Below, piece by piece: positions 12,601-26,104 of a stretch of 64,000 nt of DNA. The DNA comes from Enoplolaimus lenunculus (taxonomy: Eukaryota), in assembly GCA_030248215.1 (NCBI GenBank), contig JASANG010002574.1:248001-312000 (forward strand), read 5' to 3'. Within the stretch, counting starts at the first letter, position 1. Every line of letters begins with the position of its first letter. Below the pieces are notes generated by a model. It searched no databases. It was not told where the DNA came from and saw nothing but the letters and a program-made list of their open reading frames with translations. Position numbers and translations under genes: made by a program.

Positions 12601-13445
12601 TTGAAAATTTTGTACAGGGTGTCAAAATATTTCCAGCGTTCCTGGACACCCTGGGCCTCTCTAGCTACCGGTGTGTAGATAGAAAGTCTATTATATTTAG
12701 CACTAAACACCTAAAACACTGGAACTAAAAACTGAAACTCGATTATTGCGTAGTCCGCTTTATAAAGCTAAAGTCATACTGTCTAAATTGTACGAAAATT
12801 ATACACTTTTTTGCTGAATAAACGTGTAGTTTTCAATATTAGCTTTGCATAGAAGTTCGGGCCCATGTATAGAACAGGGCTGGATTGTTTTCCGGAGGGG
12901 CAAATAATAGAGTCAGTTTCAGCTTTAGACTATATTTTTGCTTAGGAATAGACTTTGGCTTAGGCTTAGGTTAAGGACTTAGGCTTAGGTTTATACTTAC
13001 TGTTCTGGCCCTGTTCTACACATGGACCGAAGTTCGGGTGCTGCCAGAATATTTGGTGTGGGGTGTACAACCAGGTCCTACCGGGTCCGTAGCCAAGGGG
13101 CAGGGGGCTCACCACCCCCTGGAAAAATTTTGCCCCCCCCCTTAGATTTTTCATGTTGTTTGCAAGTCAATGACAACCCTTGAATGCCCCTCTTGAACAT
13201 TTCTTAGCCCTCTTAGCAAGGTGAGCTGGCTACGGGCTTGGGTCCTACTGAACAGAACGTGTATCATAGGGAGACTGTGTGACATCATTTAGCAACATTA
13301 TTTGTTCTACCCTGAAACATTTTTAGCCCCCCCCCCCCCCAGAAAGGTGAGCTGACTACGGTCCTGTGGAACCCATGGCTAAAAGGCAAATGCACCATAA
13401 ATATACATATGAACCATACATCACAAGTTTTGTACCAGAGAACTC

Positions 13446-13505
<60 letters not shown>

Positions 13506-16500
13506 CCGAAAGCAATCCATAATAAACACAAGTGAAGCCATGCCCCAAAACTGATTTTTTCAATACACTACAGCCTGGCTGAAAATAGCTATTCATTTCA
13601 GTCGTATATTAACCAATAGAAGCGAACACGCACTATCTAATGTCACTAGAAAACACCATGGACTAAACCTAATATATCGAACCTGTATAACCTGTAAGCA
13701 TTTAAGTATACATGGCGTAGTAACCAGAGTTTCGGTTCGAAAGGATATAACCTAATATAGAAACGTTGTCATACCTCCAGAAACATACCAAGCGATTATT
13801 GTTAAACCTGTTAAAAGTTCTTTTTCTTAACATCCCTCCACAAATTTCAGTAGGAATATATGCCGTCTATTGTACCCCTTGGATACACCCCGGATTCACA
13901 TCGAGAACCCCTGATGGTTCTGTACAAGCGTACAGTTTTTGTCTGACCTAAACCATGAACGTACCAGCGAGACGGCCAGGGTAAGTACATGGGAATAGTA
14001 GCTGTATTCTATTAGTTTTTTTAAATAATCACTTAAATACATAGCTAATAAAATAGAAATATAATTTTAAAAATGTAGAAATTTGTAGGCGGGTTCGTTG
14101 GTTGTCGCCTGAATCGTGGTTCGACCCCCACCAATTTAAAATTCTGGCAATAGTCATAAATATATAACCAGTAATATGTGCAAAGCATACACGGTTAAGA
14201 GCACACACACATAGATGTATAGTAGAAGCCTAAGGTAGAGCACATTGCTTTAACCAGGCGTGCGATTGGCTGTTACAGCGCGTAGACAGAATCACTAAAT
14301 TGCAGAAGGGGATTGAACGGAAGCAATTGGCTTAAAAGCATCCGTTTCCGCTATGAAAATGTGGTATTATCTGGTTGTTCATAGTACCGATGAGTACGAA
14401 AAAAATAATTTTTAGGTTCATAGATTGGAAGGTTGGCTTGACCCTCAAAACCTTCTGTTAGCTATGTTCCTGGTCTTTACCATATATAAATATATAATAT
14501 ATGTGTATATATGTATATATTATATATAACATATAATATATATTTATATGTATAATATACATATATATCGTTTTTCATTATGTGCACGTGGTAATATATA
14601 AGGTATAGGAAGCATATTGTGGTTTAGCGAGCCAGAAAAACAAAGCAAACCAGTGGTAACGTAGCATCCAACTATCAGTTCACCAGGTTTGAGCCAATGT
14701 CCGCTTTAGAGGAAGCGAGGAAGGCCAGTATTTTCCGTATATATTTTGCCCAATTTTACCGGATATCATGTGAATAATTGAAAGTGCTGTGTTAACTGAG
14801 TTTTTTGTGTGTTTTTAATTCAAATATCTTCGATGCCTGTTATTGTAGCGGTTTTTCAGTTGCTCAATCAATCGGTTATAAAGCACAGGTGGAATCGGTT
14901 CGCCAGGTAAAATTGAATACTTTTCACGTTTGTTAGTCAGCTCAAAATGTTAGAAAATTTTCACAAGGGTCAAACAAGTATTGCAGATGAGTTGAGGGTT
15001 GAACTTATATAAGGGTATGGCTGTAATTCGTCTAGCCACAGTGCTTAACTCGGATCACGCCAGCAATTTTTGGCCCCGTCCGAGCTTGTATTGGCTCGAA
15101 AATGATCGGATTTTGAAAAATATTGCATGGTTGCGCGTCTCATGACCTACACTGATCATTCTACGCGTAGCTTCGAATCTTTGCATTTTAGCAAAATTCG
15201 ATTTTTTTAACATTCTGAAGTCTTCGTTGGGATCGGAAACAATTGTCACAAATTTAGCCAATTTGTATAATTATTCAACGTAGATTGTGGCGCTGAGTTC
15301 AATAATACCTGATTGAACGCCATCAACAACAAATCGTTTGGCTGAGCATTGAAGAATTATTTCAACTACAACTCATCATCAAATTGTCAGATTGAAAAAA
15401 ATAGCACCGTTTCAACTCAGCGTCACAAGTTGCGTCGAATAATTTAACAATTTGCCTAATAATTTTGGTCAAGTTTTTTTCGGTCCCAAAAGTGTCTTTA
15501 GAACCTGAAAAATTTCAGTAACACGAATGTCATGAGTAGCACAAATATGCAAAAATTTGCAAAATCCGATCCGCGGGCTGTGGGAGATAACTGAAAGGAT
15601 CAATTATGATTTTTTCGACAAAATTTGTAATCAAGATATATACATTTTTCGCCGTAGGACAAACACGTCAACGGATGTTTCGGACATCGCATTTTAAGTT
15701 TTAAAATTTAAAATATCTAATTTTGTTATATATAAATGATGCTTATATGAAACAAAAGAAAACTTTAGTTGCGACAATACTGCTTAACCAAGCCCGTAGC
15801 CAGCTCACCATGCTAGAGGGGGTGCTAAAATTTTTAGGAGGGACATTCAAGGGTTTTAGAGACTTGCAAGCAAGGTTGAAAATTTTCTAGGGGCGGCAAA
15901 ATTTTTCCAGGGGGGGCTGAGTCCCCCTGGCCACACCCTTGGCTTCGGGCCCGTGCTTAACTTAGAATTACTTAGCGGGATCAGTTGAAAAATGTGAGAG
16001 ACGTTGTCGAGTTGACATAGTTTCACCGCCCGTTCATATACGTATCTTGTAGTCCCAAACTGAAGGTATATAGAGCCGTTGTAGCGAAATTTGTATGGCT
16101 GCGTAGCTCAGTGGTTATAGCAGCGGAACGGTAATATGGTACTGCTTAACTTAGAAGTAATTTTTGCAATATTATCAAATCAGTATTCAGTATAAATTGC
16201 AGTGAGTCGATTTCAAGTCAGACTGAGTTGAATCACTCAGTCTGAACTAACAATCCTGAGTTGATATAGCTCATTCTGGTTTAATTAATCAACTTTCCCG
16301 GAATGAAATAAACTCAGACTGTGAATCAACTCAACTCAAAGTGAGTTAAAGCTTGCTGTTATTAACTCAGAAGTAACTATTAACTTTCCGTCGGATTTGA
16401 TTAATGAACTCATCGCCATTTACAATGTTGTTTATATCAAAACTCGAAATACCTTCGAACATGTTACATACAGTAGTTTCGAGTTTTGAATGAAATTTAT

Positions 16501-19500
16501 CAGTGCGGCTACAACTTTGAAACCCATATTTTCTATTACTTCTTTCTCACATGAATATTTTCTATTTCATTTCTAATTATAATTCCAAACTAAGATTGGA
16601 ATTTACGGTTTTTTGGCTGACCGACGTAATTTAAAATGCTAATTTTACAGTTTTCAGTTTATGATTAAACTGCTTACCTGCTGGTGACGTGAACTTGGCA
16701 ACTCAGCCGGTGTTCCGCTCAATACCATCATAGTCCGACGCAGGCCGTGTTGTAATGTTGCAGTTGCCATATTGAATAATTTAAAATTGTCAATAATTTC
16801 AATTTTAAGGCAAATCGACTAATTATATATACACTGCAAACAATGGTGAGTCAAATTGATTTTCTCCGAAATCGGCTCTATGGGACTACACAAATTGAGT
16901 CATAATTCGACTCTGTCAGAGTCAAATTCGATTCACTGAGTCGAACAGTTGGCTCTGACGGAGTTGAAATTGACTCAGTTTATGTAGTATCGAAAAGCCT
17001 ATTTCGGGAAGAGTCAATTTGATTCACCATTTTTTGGCAGATATGTATATATGTTAAGGATGGCACCTGGTGCCCGTAGTGAACGTTTTAAGCTGTTAAT
17101 TTCAGGTTTCGAACTCTTTATACGCCTAAACTGACTGTCCTGTTTTGAAAAACGAATGGATCATAAATAAAAATTTGCTGCATATGCCCGTAGTCAAATC
17201 AACGCAATATTCAGGTGGGATAGAATGAAAATTTTCAAGAGGTACATGCTTTTTGTATCACAGAACGGGGATATACGTTTTTATGTCGGCAAAAATGACC
17301 CCCGCTCCGTGGGCCGACTCTTACAAGGCTGCTGAACCATTGTTCCATTAAACATTTTCGTATTTTTAAACCAAATTTGTTAAAAAACCCTAAGTTTAAA
17401 TATAAGTTTCGCAAACTTTTTTGTCAAATATTTGGACTGAAAGAGTGAAAAATGATAGTATCAATAATACTTTCACAATTACAGTGTTATGTTTTCTGAA
17501 TTTTATCGAAAAATATTAACTAAAATAAGCGGCTGATCCAGGAATTTCTGAACGGGGACAGGGTTGCAACTGTTATGAAACGCAAAAATTGCAAGGTAGA
17601 AACTTTATCATTTTATCGCCAAAAAATGTTGTGAGGTGGTAAAATTATAAGGTAAAGACGGTATCAGTTTATATCAAAAAAATTTCTGACGGGGGACGTA
17701 CACCCCCCTCTTCTGGATCCGCTAGTGACTAACGTATATATCCAATTCACATTCAAAATCAAGCAAAATATACAACTCTGAATAATTTTAGAACAACCGC
17801 AAGCAACTGATGAAATTATCGAAAATTACGCAACATATGTGTAAATTCTCACGATGAATCGCGTTTTGACCATAGAAACAAAAATAAAAACCAACAAATT
17901 TTTGCCAAATATATTTAGGCACAAACCCACTGCCTTCAATTTAATTCATTTTCAATTTACTAATTTTGAAGACGCTTCAAGCCTCTACGGTTGTACTTAA
18001 AGTATGTGCAACATGGCGTTATTTTTGCAATTACAACAAATCTATATATTAAAACTGGAACGCCCCACATGCGTATTTTGGGCAAGTTTCCAGCATACTT
18101 TGTTTACGACGGTTTCATAACACACAAACGGGATTGTTCTATAATTGAAAAAAATTGCATACAGATTTTATACATTTGCTAACACTTTTGCACATTGCGC
18201 AAAGTAGGATGACTAGTTTGTATAATTAATGCTGAAATGTCCTATATCAAGAGCGTCGGTACGTGGTACATTTGTGGATCCGGCTTTAGCCCCAAATGTG
18301 GTTGGTTCACCACAAATAAACTCGGTCTAAAAGTAAAGACTTTTGAATTGCAATTGTAGGGCCCCTCAAAAAAATTCGCTGCCCCCCACAAATATTTTCT
18401 GCGGACGTCTCTGTCTGACATAAGTATTTTTTGGCAACTTTCTAGCACTACTTTGTTTACAGTATTTTCTTTCGAACACAAACGCAATTGTCCTGTGAAA
18501 ACAACATTTCCGTTATACAGATTGTTGTACATTCGCTAACTTTTGAGCATTGCGCAAAAGCCGACTGACTGGTCTTAATAGCTAAAACCTAAAAATAATT
18601 GACAAAATATTTTTTAAAACAAATCTTAAATCACAAAAAGTATCATTTCACACCAGCGAAATTTCTGGCATGAATTAATGATGTACCTAATCTGATTCAA
18701 GCATAATTTTTAGTTACACTCGAGTATTCTTACTATTATTGTATTAATAACAAAATAATATACCGACGGGCGAAATAAGATCATTGTGTAAAATTTAAAC
18801 TTATTCATATATATTTTAATATAAAATGATACGTTTATAATTGGCGGAATTTGAAACCAACCCTTAGTGTAAACCGTTGTTAGCATTTCAACTAACCATT
18901 AACATGAAAACTCAATGCCGGAGCAGTCTAGGGTGCCACACCCCAACAAACATTGGCGTTTGAGTCCCTTGCGATGATCAAAATTTTTTAAACTTTTTTG
19001 TATAAAATCTTGTTCAAGGGGAGCCCTCTTTATAGGGTGGTCTCCCCAAATGGAGGTATGGGGGGTGACTGTTCCGGCCCTGGGAAAAGGTTGAAAAAAA
19101 TTTCTCTACTCAACGACAAGGTGGGGAAATTAGAATAAAGCATGAGAGAATATTAACATATTTATGAGGTTAAATCTGAAAGCAACTTTTATGCTCATGA
19201 TGCGTTAATTTGAATGCAAATTTCAACTGCAGTTTATCGCTTTTGGGCTCATAAATACCCTTAAAACTAGCCATGGTGTTATCAGCCTAAAAATGCACAG
19301 TTTTATACAAATTTCGTGAGCGTACCGAACGACGAGCCAGGCGCATTTTTTAGTGAAATTGTCAAAAAACGCCTATTTTTTTGTTCCAGTAGAATTAACA
19401 AAATTGATTTTTCACCAACTTTGGGCCTTTTTTAGGCTCTCAACCTGGCGAGCAGTTGGGAGAGAGGGCGTTTTAAGCACAGCACAGCCATAAGCTATAG

Positions 19501-22500
19501 CGAATTTGCTGAACTTGACACGAAAATTATTTTTCCACATCCTATTAATGTAAACGTAATTTTAGTGCTTACCTTGTAATTATTTTTAGACAGTCAGCTA
19601 ATTTTTTTAATATTAATACACTGCAAATTTGAGTGAGTTGATTTTAACGCAGAATGAGTTGAATCACTCAGTCTAAGTTAGGACTATCAGAAGTCAGAAT
19701 TTTGAGTTGATTCACAATTCATTCTGAGTTAATTAATCAATTCAACTCAGAGTGAGTTTTAATGTTTACTGATATTAATTCAGAAATAACCAACTCGCTA
19801 GCTGAATTGATTAATCAACTCATTGGAATTTACATTGTATAAGTCCTACTTAATTTTGAGCCTGTATGAATATAAAATGAAAGCCAGTGCTCACTCGACA
19901 TTTAAATAACATAATTATCAGCCATGTCACATTCGCGACGTATAATCCGAATTCTTTTGGGAATTTATCACATTTCTCGAACCCTAATTGTGGCATTTAT
20001 CACACGAGCTGAAAAACAATTTTACATTTGTTTCAAGCTAACACGGTCTGGTTTTAACGGTTTTAAAATTAACATTAAACACACATTGACATTTAAGCTT
20101 AAATTAAACTTTAGCAAAACTTGAATTTTTAAAACTGTTTTTACCGAATGATGAAAAAATAAATAGCGAGTAACATCAATGCGTTGTAAAATTACACAAT
20201 TGTATTGAACGTAGAAGAAAAATTAAAGGCGAGTAAAGGCGGGTGACTGGTAAAGAATTTTGCGCGGGAAATTAGGCGGGTAACGGGTAAAGAATTTTAC
20301 GCGGGTAATTAGGCGGGTAACGGGTAAACGAATTGTGCGCGGGTATACCCGCCGATAAAAAAATAAAATTTCTGCGGGTAAAGCGTAGCGCAGGCAAAAA
20401 TGTGTACCCGCTCACTTACACCTCTGCACACAAAATAAATTGTCTTGTCTTCAAGAAATATTGTCTGAAATTTAAGACAATTATGTCTTGATACACACTC
20501 CAGACATATATTTCTTGAATTCAAGACTGTTATTCCTTAAATTTTTCAGAAATGTCAATTTAAGACTTTGTTTTATGAACAATTAAGAAAAATATTTCTT
20601 TGATATAAGACAAATACTTGTGAAATGTAAGACAAACATGTCTTAAATAAAACACAGAGATTTGCCATGCAAATTCACTTCAAAATTCAGGACTAAAGCT
20701 CAACCCAATAGTCTAATTTTACAACCTAAGATACGTCCAGGGCGTAAACTTTGGTTGGGGGGGTGGAGACTGAGCTCAACCATAAATATTTTTGAAATAC
20801 GATTACTTATATACACGCCTAAGAATATAAACGGATCAAATTTTTCTACACATTCAAAGATTAAAAATGATTTCTTGAATATAAGACAAGTATTTCTTCA
20901 AAGAAAGAAACTTGTGTCTTATAAATTGGCAATAGCAATTTCTTGAATATAAGACATTTATGTGTTAACCATTAAAGAAACGAATTTTTGAGCTGTTTAA
21001 AGCTATTAATGTCTGAAATACAAGACATTTATGTTTTGAAAATTTAAGAAAGTAGGAGTCTTGAAATTTTAAGACAACTTATTTTGTGTGTGAGTCTCAG
21101 CGTGACAAATCAGAATCAAACATAGTTGGGCGTTGTTGAACAGTGCCTACAGCCAATCGCACAGTTCGTATACAAGTCGAACGACAAAGGGGTATAATAT
21201 CGTATCTCAAAGCTTCTAAAATACAAAAACACTTTTAATAGGCTTCAGAATAACCTTCTAGATAGTAAAGGTCCTAAATATGCTACCGGATGTTATATCC
21301 TTCCGAGCGGAAATCTTGGCTAAGCTTCAGACGAATTGGCGTTGAAAACTATTTGCTTAATACGAAAGTTTAAATTTAGCATTAATGTTGAAAAAGTGGC
21401 CTCAGATGAAGTCTTTATTTTGAACAAATCGAAGACTCGTTTAATCAATGGTTTGAGCAGCTGTTTAATATTTGTGCCCAGTGCCGGAACAGACTACGGT
21501 GGGTGCTCCTCGCAAAATTTTAGGCTGAGGATCCCCTCATACAAGTTTAATATTAACGGTTATTTTTATTTATAAACTTATTGCGGTGGGAGCCCGTTTT
21601 TGGGATGGGCCCCCAAATGCGTGGTATGGGGGTAACTCATCAGACCCTGTTCGTGCTTAGCTATTCATAACTGCTTAAAACGTTATTTGTTTTTCACAAA
21701 TAACATTTTATGCTTGTAAAGTAAGCTTACCCCTATAGATTGACCTGTGATATACAGTTTAACGGGTGGTGGTCGTGGGGGGTAGATTGCAAAAAACGTA
21801 ACAAGTGTTCCCAGGTTGAGATTCACAGAGACCAAAATGCTACTGTGACCCAAACACTTGACTGACGATGTTCAGGGTTTGAAACCATTTTTCAATTTTA
21901 TATTTGGCAAAAAAATTGTTCCTAAATACGATGCGGGTTCACGAGCATCCAATGACCAACCTGAATCTGAACCCAGGTTTTGAGGACCAAAATTTGTAAA
22001 CAAAAGATTTCATTAATAGTTGATGAGTATTATGAATGATAAATATTAATACATTCGTGTTGATCGCAACATATTATGAATGGATTGGAGCAATATTTTC
22101 GGTCTATGGAAACTAACAGATCACACTTTATAACTGGCTATTGAAAATAGCTACGGTAGTTTAGTCGTCCTGGTTAAAGTCCATCCCACAACAACCTGTT
22201 CTATCGTTAGAATATTTTTAAAATTCAAGAATAAACATTCTATAACTCACTGTAAATTCCATTAAGTTGATTTCAACTCAGACTGAGTTGAATCAGTCAA
22301 TCTGAGTTATAGGACGATCAGAACTCATAATTCTGAGTTGATAGAGCTCATTCTGATTTAATTTATCAACTATCTCGGAATTAAATCAACTCAGAGTGAG
22401 AATCAACTTAAATCAGAGTGAGTTAAAGTTTGCTGTTACTAACTCAGAAGCAACTAATTTTCCGTCTAAGTTGATTAATCAACTCATTGGAATTTGCAGT

Positions 22501-25500
22501 GCTGTTTATACGGATTTAGATTTAAAATGCGGCAATTTTAAATTAGTTGAGCTCAACTCGAGTATTTCAAAAGTGAAGCCTACACTGTAAATTCCAGTGA
22601 GTTGATATTAACTCATATTGAGTTGTATTTATTCACAGGTTTGAGCTCTAAATTAGAACTTTCAAAACTCAGATATCTGAGTTCACTCAAGTTATTCTGA
22701 GTTAATTTATTAGCTCACCTGGAGTTAACTCAACTCAGAGTGAGAATCAAACCAACTCAGAGTGAGCTTAATGCTTGCTGTTACTAATTCACAATTAACT
22801 AACTCGCCATCTGAGTTAATTAATCAACTCAGACGGAAAGTTAGTTATTTCTGAGTTGAGTAGGTTCTCACAGTAACTTAAGTTGACTCCGTGCGCGTTG
22901 ATTAATTAAATCAGAATGAGTTGAATCAACTCAAAATTATGAGTTCTGACAGTCCTAATTTAGACTGAGTGATTTTACTCATTCTGAGTTAAAATCAACT
23001 CACTGAAATTTGCAGTGCGGACCTGGATGACCTCCAAAGAATTTTTAAATATTATCAAAGTCATGATGTTGCTTATAATTTGAACCAGAGTTCAAATTTA
23101 TAATTAAGACAAAATGTTTTAAAGTCACAATCATTTTAGATTGCAATATTAATGTTGAACCGTTTCATCTTGCCGCCTAAACATATTTACTAAAACGCCC
23201 GACATATGAAACACGCTTTACCGCTATATAGAGAATGCGAAACCGCTGAATGGCCCTAATTTAATTTTATTGTCCGTCCAAACTTTTCCCGATCGGCACG
23301 TTTTGGTTCACAAAGCATCTCGGGTCATAGTAGCGTAGCCGGCACTACTTTTGCTCATAATAGTGATTTCTGGTTAATGCTGTAAAAATTTCAAAACCAC
23401 ATATTTACTTAGTCTTGTATACGAGCCTGTAACCTAGGGAACGCCACTCATCTCGCGTGGAACATTTTCACCCCTTCCCCCCGCTAGAAAATTTCCAACC
23501 GTGCTTGTAAGTCAACGATAACCCTTGTATGCCCCTCCTGAAAAATTATGAACCTCGCCAACAAGGTGAGCTGGTTACGGGTTTGCGTTTTTACACGCTA
23601 CCCCTGAAAGCGTTCCGCATAAATAGTTTTTAAAATCAAAGAAATTAAAGTACCATTACGAACTATAATTTAATTTTAGCGGTTTTGGTAAATTTGGCTA
23701 TTTCATATATATTTTAGCGGTTTTGGTAAATTTTGCTATTTCATATATATTTTAGCGGTTTTGGTAAATTTGGCTATTTCATATATATTTTAGCGGTTTT
23801 GGTAAATTTGGCTATTTCATATATATTTTAGCGGTTTTTGTAAATTTGGCGATTTCATATATATTTTAGCGGTTTTGGTAAATTTGGCTATTTCATATAT
23901 ATTTTAGCGGTTTTGGTAAATTTGGCTATTTCATATATATTTAGTGTACAGAAATATGCCGCTATAAACGATTTAGCGGTTTTGGTAAATTTGGCTATTT
24001 CATATATATTTAGTGTACAGAAATATGCCGCTATAAACGAAGCTTGTATATTTGCGGAACTTTAAAACCAGCACCGTGGTGCCGGTATTGACAAACTGGT
24101 CTTCCCGGAAAAAAATTGGTTCCGCCGGACGAAATTTTCAAAAAAACATTTCGTCTGCTGGGACAAAAATTTTTATACAAAAATTAATTCGTCGAAAACA
24201 ATTCCTAATTTTGATCTCTTTGCCTGTCAAATCAATTTTCCACAAAATTAGATACTTTCTAAAAACTTAAACTTAATTTACAGCTTAACTAAACTTGAAT
24301 ATTAGTTTAAGTAAAACTCAAATGGCTGGACGGACTACCTAAACTACAATTTTAAGTTTTACTTAAGCTAGCATATTTAAGTTTAACACGAGTTTAAGTG
24401 AACTTATTTTTAGATTAAGCAACGCGTGCAGCGCAGAAATTATGTGTATCAAAGAGTTCACTAAGTTCAGCTTAAACTAAAAATACGTAAGATTTTAAAT
24501 TAGTTTAAGCGTAATCCTACCTGTTAGTTTAGTTATTCTAGAAAGCTAGTTTAATACTACTGGATTAGCTTAAGCTTAACTAAAGTTAGTTTAACCTTTT
24601 AGATAGTACGTGGCAACCAATTCAATGGGACGAGACCGTGTTTTCTGTTACACTTGACCGAACATGGATTAACGCTTGGTATATAACCAAAAGTTAAAAT
24701 TACACATAAAACCTAAATTGTTCGCAGAGTACGCGACCTGTTGATGAAATTGCTAAACTTTCAACTAAAATATGCGTCTGGTTTTCGATTATTTTGTGAA
24801 ATCAACTCAAATTATACGAAAGAAATGTTAAAAATTCAACTGTTTAGTCAAGTGAACACTCATTAAACTTTGAAAAAATATTAAAAGTTTAAGGTCGACG
24901 TTAATAAATCTCAGGCTGGCAGTACTTTTAAGTTTAGGCTATTAAATGCGTATTAATTAATGCTTTATCGTTGTAAAATATCAATTAAAATTAAACCGTA
25001 AAGATAACAATAAATTGCATTTCCTGATGATTTCAAGGTAAAGTGAAATGTATCATAAAACGAAGGAAATATTTTAGTTTCGCGAACAAAATGGTTATTA
25101 CCAGACTTCGATAAATAATGTAATAATTGATTAAAATATTTAAATTTATCAAAACTAACGCAACCAGTACAGTTATTCATCAATATACTCAAAACGTTCA
25201 CATAAAGACATGGCTATTATGAGACAGTGCAGGGTAGGATCCACAGTAGTGTCACCAGAAATGTCCCCCCAAACACTACTGATTATTACTTCTGTAAGCC
25301 GACCCTGAGGCTGACGCAAAGGCTGCGGCTGGAAGCTAAACTCGAGTTTAAACCTTCAGCTCTCAGCCTGGTGAACTGGTTGACTCAGCATTTCAGCCAA
25401 AGTCTATATTGAATTGATTGACTCACCATTGAATGTTTTTGCGGGCGGAAGTAACCAAGAAGTAGCAGTAGACTTGACACTTATGTTGACCCAAAGTCGA

Positions 25501-25982
25501 AAAACCACTCAACTGTTAAACATACCCATGAGGGCTATGCTATAAGAAAAAAGCTTATTGCACAAAGTGTTTGTCACAGGAAATAGTCTACAGAGACGTA
25601 CCAGCAGTAACAACAACAATAATAACAACAACAATAATAATAACAACAACAACAATAACAACAACAACAACAACAACAAAAACTATAAACAATAACAACA
25701 ACGTCAAAAACGACAACAACAAAAGCAACATCAACGACAACAACAACAACAGCAACAAACAAAAACTACAAACAACACCAACAACCAAAAACTTCAAACA
25801 ACGACAACAACAACAACAACAAAAACTATAAACAACAACATCAAAAACAACAACACAAACTGCAACGACAACAACAACAACAAACAACAACAACAACAAC
25901 AACAAACAACAAAAACAACAACAACAGCAGCAGCAACAACGACAACAACAACAACAACAATAACAAAAACAACAACAACAGC

Positions 25983-26041
<59 letters not shown>

Positions 26042-26069
26042 AAACAACAACAACAGCAACAGCAACAGC

Positions 26070-26104
<35 letters not shown>

